From Macrostomum lignano (Eukaryota), in NCBI GenBank assembly GCA_002269645.1, contig NIVC01002749.1, positions 1-42,329 on the forward strand: a stretch of DNA of 42,329 nucleotides, given 5' to 3'. The position numbers and the translations under genes were made by a program. Below the pieces are notes generated by a model that was given only the letters and a program-made list of their open reading frames with translations, had not been told where the DNA came from and did no database searches. Positions 1-10,396 of this stretch are shown piece by piece (the stretch's first letter is position 1; each line of letters starts with the position of its first letter).

Positions 1-3000
1 GACTGCCTTTGCCTTGTTCAAAACAATTGTGTTGTTGACTACAAGTCACTCCTACGGCCATTGGTTTACCTTCCTAGCTCGGTCTTTCCTCGCTGTAGCC
101 CTTGCGGCTGGCCACGCCTTCAACTCCGGTCAGCTCGAACGGCACTTTCTCTCTGCTTAAACGCCTTCTTTGTCATCGGGCTGATGCTGCCGTCGCGGCG
201 CTTCCACACAACGATGCAGCGCTGCATGCGGGAGCTGATCTGCGCCTGAAAAAAAGTTTTTTCACCCGTTTCGCTTTTTAAGGTTCTGGGTTGTCTAGGA
301 AAGCTTTAACAACGAGCTGAACCTGTTTCAGAGCCTCTGGCGAGTAGGTTTCGATAAACTTCTCCTTCTCGGCGAGCGCGATGTCTCCAGCCGGATCGTC
401 GTCACCGGCGCCGGGTTCGGAGCCGCGCGCGGAATGCGACGGGCGCCAGATCCGCCGCCCTTGGTGCCGCGCGACTCCGGGATCAGCTTCCTGCGGCGCC
501 GCATCATGGTCATGCTCTTGGCCAGATCCTCTGGGCGAGTAGTACTCAGGGTCCGAGCTGTCTTTGAAATCGTACGAACTCAACCTAGGCAATAGTAGGG
601 TGGTTTTGTTACACATCTGTTCAAAACCAGCACAGTAATATAATTATTGCACTGTTAGTAGCGCAACTCAATTTCGCAGTTGTTGTTGGCGAGCAGGTGA
701 TGGCACTTGAACGAGATTCGCACGTGACCCTTCTCGCCGCCGCTCTCCATCTCGTTTGCCATTGAGCGAGTCGTCCGAGTAGATGTCGAATTTGTAGCGA
801 GACGCTCCAAGGATGACGGCGTTGAGGCTGCCCCAGTGCACTCCGATCCGCATGTCCACGCGCTGCTCATCCGGCAGGCCCATGCTGTCATTGAAGGCCT
901 TCAAAATATCGAAAGATTGCCAACTCGTTTTGGGCTGCTTAAAATCATCTGTGCCGTCTGTGCTCTTGCAAAACCGTTTTGGTTGTGTCGCACCTTACCT
1001 GAATTTTTTCGCACATCTCCAGACCCATGGCCACTGAGCAGAGCACGTAGTACACCTGACAGCAGAGATGTTTTGTCAATGTTTTGTCAATTTGTCGATG
1101 AGTCGTGTTTATTCCAAGTGAAATTTTATCGCTGACGATTACAAATTGAATGCTTTCGATCATTAATTCCGAATATACTTCGTTAACTTTGTCCTAAATT
1201 CTTGGCTCTAGAATTGGCGGGAGCGAGAACTCAACGCTAGTGCACTAATGACCCACACCCAAAACGTTCTGTTACAGCGAAAGTTTTGTGACAAGGACAG
1301 AACCGGCTGAGAAAAATTGCTTCGAAGAAATCGAAAAACTTTTCGAGGATGCAAAATGGGATGACGAGACTTCAGCATCATAATTTAAGCTTCTGATCAC
1401 GGTAGAGGCCCAGCTGGTCGTCTGTGACATTGACGAGCAACGCAGAAGAGCTTCACGAGCATAAAAAGGACCTGAGAGCAACTGAGGTTCAGTTCCAGAT
1501 CACCAACCTGCCTGAGGTGCCTGTCTAGTCGTTCTAGTCGACTAGTCCAGAAAATTTGCTCTTGTCGACATTTTCATCCACTGTTTTACTTTGGGCTCCA
1601 TTCCGGTGGTGATTCAGTTGGCATCCCTTTATCATTTTTTCATGCTAGACAAGTTGGCATAGAACGCTTTACACAGTATGACGAAACAAATACGCGGAAA
1701 GCTCACCTGGTTCCGCTGCGACTCTTTGCTCGCAAACGCCTGGACGGTGCTCAGCCGTTTCTTCTCCGTCATGGGCACGCCGGACACGCAATAGTAGCAA
1801 TCGCCCAGGGTACCGATTTTCTCAATCTGCAACCGACTGGCCGAGATGTCAAAGGCGCCATAGATTCGATTGAGAATGTGCACCACCTCGGAGGCGCTGC
1901 GGCCCGCTGACATCATGGTGAAGTTGACGATATCGGCGAAGAGCATCGAGGCAAAGATGTACTCCTCGTGGTACGGCACGATTAAACCTGTGTTGTTTTT
2001 GCGCAACAGGCTCTGGTTGAACTTGAACTTCTCGTATGGCTCCACAACGATCTTTGGCATCACTTTGCGGACCCATTCTTTGCTGAAATAAGAACACCAA
2101 TGTGGAGATATATTAAGCCTGTAAATCTAAGTTACAAAGGCGTCTAATAATTACCGAATAGAGCCTTCCTCTTCGTTCTTCTTGATGAGTGCAAAGTTCT
2201 CCACAAGGGTTCCAAAAGTGTTGTTGGTTCTGACGATGCTCACAATGCAGGCGTATAGTCCCACCATGTTGCACAGCAGCAGCTCTACCAGGTCCACGAT
2301 CAGGCTGCTACTGTAGTGGAAAGCCTTCTGCGCATCCAGCGCACGGTGGAATGCCGTGGAGTAGTACAGGAACAAGATGCTCGCTACTATTGAGAAGAGC
2401 AGCGCCATGCGGAATCGCAGGATTCGTGACAGGTAAATGGTTAGGATCAGCGACGACTTCATGATGCCCAGGTTCAGAAAGTTTAGCGACAAAACTGTGC
2501 AAGAAAAGCGTGTGGTGCGAAAGCTTACAATATTAGTCACTCTCGTGTCAAAGCACGATGCATTACCGCGCGCTTATTCGGTAACAAAAAGTCAACCAGT
2601 CTACTCAATTACTCTGTGGAAGGGGTTTTTTCATTAGCATTGGTGTTCCCTCATTGGAAACTATGACTAGAAACAAACCTATTAACATTATCAAGCCTAT
2701 CAAGCCTAGAATCAACATTATTATATTGCTCAATTTTTCCATTGCAATACATTCAGGCGTTGCTTCATGAGGTAAATTAGAAAATCAGATGGGACCTAAT
2801 TCGGCACTCACGGATGACAATGAGCGCGTACAGGCTGATAAGCACGAACGCCATGCTTCCATGCACGGCGGACTTAGGCAAGCAGTCCGGCAGCGACATG
2901 ACATTCATGATTGACGCGGACGCAATGAACATCATGATGAAAGGCGCCGTGTTCATAGTCTGGCCGGAGGCCTCATCAAACGTGGCAATTGAGACCAGCT

Positions 3001-3356
3001 GGAAGATTCCGAATGCAATGATGTAGTAATAGGCCAGGTCAATGTACGCGGTGGTCAGGACCTTGTCAAACTTGGTCAACTCCTGGCCAAGCGATTGGTA
3101 GACGAACTTGAACTCGAACAGGGAGTTGCTATCCTGCAGCTTGAACATGCGCCGCCAGGGCATGCACACCCGCTGTACAACCTCCACGCAGTCGGCTTCA
3201 TCGCCATCTTCTTTCTGCTTTGAGAAGCGCCGAGTGATCTGCTCGAGCAGGCGTTGCTCCTCAGGCGACGCCGACGGCGCGAAACTTTTTTGCGATTGAC
3301 CGCCGACCATCGGCAACGTTTGGTACTCGGTTTGCTCTCGCCTGGCTTTTGAGTCT
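1..3356 (-). CDS. Membrane adenylyl cyclase-like gene (class III), partial and multi-exon: ~6 TM helices, helical linker, C1a-type catalytic domain, C1b-like region
   Basis: Inferred exons 3356-2812, 2494-2155, 2083-1707, 1055-999, ~898-~705, ~585-326, 246-125 and probably 38-1, with GT/AG ends and consistent phases (3' exons less certain). Motifs: LFADIVNFT, KIGTLGDCYYCVSGVP, VAMGLEM, DMRIGVHWG, KFDIYSDD..MANEMESGG..GHVRIS. One extra A at 762-763 shifts the frame between DIYSDDSL and MANEMESGG. The start exon was not identified. Confidence 0.88.
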
Positions 3357-4014
3357 CTAGAAATGTATTATTATGTAGATTATCAAAAAGCTACTCAAAA
3401 TCTCGTCACTGTAAATACAAAGCTAAAGCTGCCATTTTTTTCATTTCGTCAAACCAATCATCAACTGTCTATGGTGAGTTCAGCTCAACTGACGCTTAAA
3501 ACGAGTGCGTGGCGAACTTTGATTGAAAGCATTCGATCGAATAAATTAAATGCGTGCATCTCGCCGAGAGCAGTGAATTAAGGTTAAATCAGAAACCATT
3601 AAAAACATTCAGAAACAGGCACGGCATGCGTTAAATTGAAAGTGGCACATAGAGAGTAACAGTGATACAAAAGATAAATAGAATCTTGAAGGGGCTACTT
3701 GTCGAATGTCAAATAACGTTTATAGAAAGTGGTTTTCAATTTCCTTTCAGAGCAGCATCTTCGCTCCCGCCACAGCCTCGCTGCAGTCGCATGCAGGTTG
3801 CCAAACGACGCAGAAAAGTTGAAGGTCTTGAGACCAAATACCTGATACACTTCATTGTCAAGCTGAGCTATTGTTACAATCTCAAATTTGCAACTCTCCG
3901 TTAAGCAAATTCTGAACGGCTTATAAATGACAGATAGCTTTTCAGATCACGTGCATTCGCGTACAAAACGATGACATGAAAATAATCGCTAAAAAGTCGT
4001 TGCAAAAAACGTTC

Positions 4015-4535
4015 TAGTGACTCCAGCGACTCTTGTGACTTTTTAACAACTCGAACGCATCTACTGCGATAGGTGGGGTGGGCGACTGTTGCGTCACAAG
4101 CGCGATACGGGAGTTATAGAATTGTAAGAGTCACAAAAGAGTCATCCAGGATTCGTTATGTTCGCGCTTAACTTCGCTAAAGATGTGACTCTGACTCATC
4201 AAGCAATGTAAATGCGCCTCAAACACAACTCTTGACTCTTGCTACAGCGACTCTACCACACGTACGACTCTAAGGTCTCAGACTCTACGACTCTATGGTC
4301 CCAAAGTTGTTATACCGTCGCATCAGAGTCACTTGCGTCGCCCCAAAGTCGTTTCAGAGAGTCGCAGATAATAAAAGGTTTCGACTCTTGGGCGACTCTT
4401 TGACGCCTTTGGCGACTTTTACCGCGACATCTCGCCTTTTTTGAGTCGTTTAGAGTCACTTCTTTCTTCTTTTACCTGTGTCATCTGTAACGACTCTGGG
4501 ACGACTCTGTGGCGACCCAAGTGACTCTGGGACGC
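4015..4535. repeat. Degenerate repeat dense in GACTC/GAGTC words on both strands
   Basis: About 20 GACTC or GAGTC words counted by eye in ~520 bp (about 1 expected by chance), often as CGACTCT or TGACTCT. No ORF. Confidence 0.7.
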
Positions 4536-5341
4536 TTTTTGGCCTGGGTGGCGTTTTCATCGGGAGTTCCCAGCAAGTCGCAACCGACGGCAAAAATGCC
4601 TGCCTCGTAGCCTAGGCCAGACTGACTCCTGCTCTGCTCGCGGCAATTTCCATGCGGCAGGCAAAGAATCTACGAGCCAGTTTTTCATAGTGAATAAGAA
4701 GCAACAAAGCAAGGAATTGCGGGCATTACCCGTCAGAGTCAATTGATAAGATTTTGGCTTTTCATTAATACACCTTTTCACGTCCAATTTTGATCAAAGC
4801 CCAGTTCTAAAAAAACTAGCGGAAATTCAATTCAGACTGAGGATAATTTTGTCTATGGCTAAACCTTACTTCGGTTAGAATGTTTTGAACTGGGGTTAGA
4901 CTGGGCCCCAGTCTAAATTGTCTGAATTGAAGTCTGTCAGTACAGCAGTTGATTTGAAAAAAAACCAGGTATAAAAATAGACCCTTGTACAGCCTTTGTG
5001 CTTAATCTGTGAGGGCATAGCTGCACTGCAGCAGAGGAGAGAGAAGAGAGAAGAAAGGGCGGCGGGCAGCAGTGTACACTGCATAGCATACAAGCGTGTG
5101 ACGGCTTTTCATTCTGCGTTGCCTATAGCAACCAATTGGGGGAAGGGCGGAAATTCAAATTACAGAGCTGCGATGGCAATTTTGATACAATCTATGCAGT
5201 TGCTAAACCTTGAGTCAGCTAAATTTTCTACGATATTCTTCAGGATTCGATAAAATGATGCAGGCCAGCTTCACTATTGGCGTGGTAAGTCGGCTTGGTT
5301 GCAGATTTGAGCCAGAGGCGCGGCCAGGTAGGGACAAGGGG

Positions 5342-6105
5342 CCACCGGTGCTAAAACCCCCAGTGCTAAAGCCCCCAGTGCTAAAGCCTCCAGTGCTAAA
5401 GCCCCCAGTGTTAAAGCCCCCCGTGCTAAAGCCCCCAGTGCTAAAGCCCCCAATGCTAAAGCCCCCCGTGTTAAAGCCTCCGGTGCAAAAGCCCCCCGTG
5501 TTAAAGCCTCCAGTGCTAAAGCCTCCGGTGCTAAAGCCCCCAGTGCTAAAGCCCCCCGTGTTAAAGCCCCCAATGCTAAAGCCTCCGGTGCTAAAGCCCC
5601 CAGTGCTAAAGCCCCCAGTGCTAAAGCCCCCAGTGCTAAAGCCCCCAGTGCTAAAGCCTCCGGTGCTAAAGCCCCCGTGTTAAAGCCCCCAGTGCTAAAG
5701 CCCCCAGTGTTAAAGCCCCCCGTGCTAAAGCCCCCCGTGCTAAAGCCCCCCGTGTTAAAGCCTCCGGTGCTAAAGCCCCCAGTGCTAAAGCCCCAGGTAC
5801 CAAAGCCCCAGGTACCAAAGCCCCAGGTACCAAAGCCCCAGGTACCAAAGCCCCAGGTACCAAAGCCCCAGGTACCAAAGCCCCAGGTACCAAAGCCCCA
5901 GGTACCAAAGCCCCAGGTACCAAAGCCCCAGGTACCAAAGCCCCAGGTACCAAAGCCCCAGGTACCAAAGCCCCAGGTACCAAAGCCCCAGGTACAAAAA
6001 CCCCAGGTACCAAAGCCCCAGGTACCAAAGCCCCAGGTACCAAAGCTCCAGGTACCAAAGCCCCAGCTACCAAAGCCCCTGGTGCTAAAGTCCCTGGTAC
6101 TAAAG
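5342..6105 (+). repeat. Two-part 15-bp tandem array (GTGCTAAAGCCCCCA ~30 units, then GTACCAAAGCCCCAG ~20 units), possibly coding
   Basis: Directly visible. The unit switches near 5790. A 1-nt shorter C run at ~5671-5675 shifts phase. Two plus-strand frames are stop-free (VLKPP/VPKPQ and APSAK/APGTK). Confidence 0.95.
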
Positions 6106-6250
6106 CGGCACCATTAAATGAAGTGATCACCTTAAGAGGCCGCCTCCAAGTCAGAAATACAGGCTACCTAATGGTTTGAATTTCAATGCACCCCGCTTCC
6201 CTTCGAGTTCAAACCATTCTTTTCATTTTTTGTTACTCTTTGCATTTCAG

Positions 6251-8732
6251 CCGTCTGCCCCAAGTTCGAGACCGTTCCCGCAGCATCTGACGCCCCATCT
6301 AGCACAGATGGGAGTCCCGATGGAACAGGCTATGGGTGAGTGTGTGAAATCATTGCTTAGATAAATACTACAAAGTCTGCATCCCGAAGTTCTCGTAGAC
6401 GATTACCCTAGAAAATATCAGAATATATTTGCTTTACCACAAAACTTTATAAGCCCTTGTAGTTCTTCGTTCTGTAATCACACTTGTTACTTTCAGTAGC
6501 ATGAAAATCAATTTGAAAATCGGCAATTAGCGCGCCCGACTCTGGCTTGATTCTGGCTTGATTCTGGCTTGATTCTGGTTTGATTCTGGCTTGATTCTGG
6601 CTTGATTCTGGCTTGATTCTGGCTTGATTCTGGCTTGATTCTGGCTTGATTCTGGCTTGATTCTGGCTTGATTCTGGCTTGATTCTGGCTTGATTCTGGC
6701 TTGATTCTGGCTTGATTCTGGCTTGATTCTGGCTTGATTCTGGCTTGATTCTGGCTTGATTCTGGCTTGATTCTGGCTTGATTCTGGCTTGATTCTGGCT
6801 TGATTCTGGCTTGATTCTGGCTTGATTCTGGCTTGATTCTGGCTTGATTCTGGTTTGATTCTGGCTTGATTCTGGCTTGATTCTGGTTTGATTCTGGCTT
6901 GATTCTGGCTTGATTCTGGCTTGATTCTGGTTTGATTCTGGCTTGATTCTGGCTTGATTCTGGTTTGATTCTGGCTTGATTCTGGCTTGATTCTGGCTTG
7001 ATTCTGGTTTGATTCTGGCTTGATTCTGGCTTGATTCTGGTTTGATTCTGGTTTGATTCTGGCTTGATTCTGGCTTGATTCTGGTTTGATTCTGGCTTGA
7101 TTCTGGTTTGATTCTGGCTTGATTCTGGTTTGATTCTGGTTTGATTCTGGCTTGATTCTGGCTTGATTCTGGCTTGATTCTGGTTTGATTCTGGTTTGAT
7201 TCTGGCTTGATTCTGGCTTGATTCTGGCTTGATTCTGGTTTGATTCTGGCTTGATTCTGGCTTGATTCTGGCTTGATTCTGGTTTGATTCTGGCTTGATT
7301 CTGGCTTGATTCTGGCTTGATTCTGGCTTGATTCTGGCTTGATTCTGGTTTGATTCTGGCTTGATTCTGGCTTGATTCTGGCTTGATTCTGGCTTGATTC
7401 TGGCTTGATTCTGGCTTGATTCTGGCTTGATTCTGGTTTGATTCTGGCTTGATTCTGGCTTGATTCTGGCTTGATTCTGGCTTGATTCTGGCTTGATTCT
7501 GGTTTGATTCTGGCTTGATTCTGGCTTGATTCTGGCTTGATTCTGGTTTGATTCTGGCTTGATTCTGGTTTGATTCTGGCTTGATTCTGGCTTGATTCTG
7601 GCTTGATTCTTGGATCTCGTGCAGTTCTCGCCCATTAGGCACCCCAAAGGCACGGAGAGTGTGCGGCTTGATGATCCTGATGATAGAAATTAGGACCACC
7701 GTGTACTTGTGTGAGCATATCCCTGTGTACTCGCACGCATCCGTTGTGCTCAAGGGTCAGATGAATGGGCGTGACTCACTGCTCGCCTCCCCGCTGGCTA
7801 CAGCTCAACTACAGTAGCTGAAATATGCTGATTTTGGCCGTAATGGGCGGTGCGCTCTCGCTTTGGGTAGCTAAGCCGTCAAAAAGACGCCCGATTTACC
7901 CGCGCACTACTGAAAACAACTTGCTCATCTCCTTTACTTCCAGGCTACTGGAACACCTTCAACCACTTCGACTTGGACGGCTCCGGCACCATCAATGTGC
8001 AGGAGATGGTAACCGGCTTGCAGCTCATGGGACAGTGCCCCACGCCCAGCGATGTGCAGAACATGATGATGCAGGCCGATCAGAGTGAGTCTGCCTACTG
8101 CGATGGGTCGTCAAGCTTTTCTTCGTGTCTTTTGCTTTCTTGCGCTTCTCGTCATACCATTTAGACTAAGCCTGGATTTAAATTAGATTAATCATGATTA
8201 AAGCCTTGATTGAAATGCTTTCAGAGTAGCAATGATAATCGAGTATTACACGATTAAATTAAGTCCTCAGCAGGTGTCACTGGGGTATTGTCAGTTTATT
8301 GCTTATTCGCCATTTCCCACAGACCACGACGGTCAGGTGGATTTCCTGGAGTACGTAAGGGTGACTCACGCGCGAGTGCAGCCACCGCAGGCGGTGCAGA
8401 ATGACCTCATGACGGCCTTCCGCGTGTTCGACAGGGACGGCAGCGGCTACCTGGACGCGAATGAGCTGCGAGCGGTGCTCTGCCAGCGCGGCATGAAGGA
8501 GAGCGACTTTGACCATGTGATGTCCCTGGTGGACCTGGACCGCGACGGCCGCATCAACTACAACGAGTTCGCCGGGCTGATGACTCGGCCGCTGGAGACA
8601 ATGATGAAGCAGCAGCACGGCAAGGGGCACAAAGATGGCAAGCATCACAAGGACAAGAAGGACAAGAAGCACAAGAAGCACAAGAAGCACGGCAGCGGCA
8701 GCGGCAGCGGCAGCGGCAGCGACAGCGACTGA
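6251..8732 (+). CDS. Calmodulin-like protein with four EF hands and a His/Lys-rich, (GS)n-acidic C-terminal tail; the 5' end probably extends into the 15-bp repeat exon
   Basis: Exons 6251-6335, 7944-8084 and 8323-8732 join in phase (TTTCAG|CCG...ATGG|GTGAGT; CCAG|GC...CAGA|GTGAGT; CACAG|AC) to give VPMEQAMGYWNTFNHF followed by loops DLDGSGTINVQE, DQNHDGQVDFLE, DRDGSGYLDANE and DLDRDGRINYNE. Confidence 0.9.
6541..7610 (+). repeat. 11-bp satellite (TTGATTCTGGC/T)n, ~97 units, inside intron 6336-7943 of the calmodulin-like gene
   Basis: Directly visible, with only a C/T variant at one position. The 11-aa-periodic ORFs on the minus strand are by-products. Confidence 0.97.
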
Positions 8733-10396
8733 AGCAGTTGCCGGTGTGAATAGTCAGAATAATGCTTAGCTTACTTATGCTTCTTTTGACTTGTTAAAAA
8801 AATCTGCTTATGAACGGGGGCAGCCAAAGCAGAAGAGCGCTGTGCTGTGGAGGCCGCAGGTTTTCGCTGTAGAATGCATTGTCGAGATCACGGGGTTTTG
8901 CAGGTTTTAGCACCAACTTTTTCTTACCTTCTCGACTCCATAAGTTGACTCTTTTAATAACTGATCTATTCAATGCGTAATTAAACAAAACATATCACTA
9001 AAGACTTGAATGAAACGCATGGAAAACTCCATCCAGGAAAAGTGATTTTCTGCGTCGAAAACTCCAGCAAAGTTCGCACGGTGCAGCGTCCTTTCGAGCG
9101 CATGTGCCCACTTGCCCGAGCGTCTGAATTATGAAAATCTTTGCAATATTTTGATCCTGTACTTGTACCACTGCAGCCGATTAACTTGCTGGTTGTTTAT
9201 AATTTTCTTATATCAAGGTAGGTCTGCTCGATGCATACTTTATGAGATTAGCGCAAACACAGAAGCTGAAGGTCAAATTCGTGACATGGAAGTAAATGTT
9301 TCCCATGCAGTAAGACGTGCATAATGATACGATTTTAGCTACCTGGAACGAAAAATCTCTTTAAGCCATTTCGATGAAAGTTATTTATGCAGGAAAATTC
9401 TTGTTTTTGTTTAACTTTATTACAATTTTTAGTTTTTGTCTCTACAAAATACAGCCTGTCTCGTTCCTAAAATATACCTTTCTGTTACCAATCTTAGATG
9501 CTTTGCCTTTTTCCACTTTATTCTTAGCAAATATTCAAACTATGCGGATGTTCCATTTGCAGATGTCTACAACTCCCTTGCTCACCAGCACAAACATTTT
9601 GTGGCCAATAGTTAAAATTTCAAGAAACTGCTTGAAACAATTTAGCAGAAGATCCGCTAAATGCAGTAGCTCCGGCCAAATTTAAAGTCTCTGGCAGCAC
9701 CAAAGCCGAACATTTCTGCGTACAAAACGGCAAGAACACTGCCCTTCTGTCGGCGTGCTTCATGCGCTTTTAGCGAACAACTACAAAGCCAGTCTGTGCA
9801 TGGACTGCATTTGGTTTAATTGCTAACAGCAATATTTACACACCCCTTGAAAGTGTACAATTTAATTAATTTTTCGCTAAATTAACGCTCGTTTGCATTG
9901 CCTCATAAAAAGTTTATTGTAAAGAAGCAAGCGAATCACTGATGAGCTTTACGATGAGGTTTCAAGGTTTGCTTAATTCAACTCTCTAAAAATGGGGTAC
10001 AGTCTGCGCCGCAGGTATGTACGCAGGTCTAGAGGGAGGGCTGCAGAAGCGGATAAGTACGTGCGTGTCTTTTCACAGTGCAGGGCACGTCGAATCGAAT
10101 TCTTAGTCACTTTTGTTTACTCGCGAACGAACAGACCGACCAGGCCAACACGCGCTCGTCTCGCTGAGATTCACCGGACGCCTACTTGTTCAGGATAAAG
10201 CGACCAAATTCTGGGCTTCGCTCAGTGCACGAATAAACAATTCTGGACGAATCTGCATAGCAGGTCAACTAATGCTTCAGCAATATTAACACTTCCTTCT
10301 AAGAAAATTTACGACAGCTAATACCAGCTTAAAATTTAGCTAATATATTATATTGAAATTCGAAAAAGAGGCTCTGCAATTTGAATCTGCAATCGA

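Noticed and set aside
1-330. Single-cassette (half) adenylyl cyclase ending at a TGA near 120
   Set aside because: A plausible 86-nt intron (GT 124 to AG 39) keeps the frame open to the window edge, so the gene probably continues to M2/C2.
1300-1490. Plus-strand peptide-like stretch (CFEEIEKLFEDAKWD...) in a cyclase intron
   Set aside because: Short and interrupted by stops. It may be a TE remnant, but I cannot assign it.
7676-7692. CTGATGATAGAAA hammerhead-like string
   Set aside because: There is no room for stem II and no supporting stems I or III.
6508-7753. 381-aa and 408-aa minus-strand ORFs of IKPESSQNQAR repeats
   Set aside because: These are artefacts of an 11-bp satellite lacking stops on that strand. 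The array lies in a well-supported intron of the opposite-strand gene.
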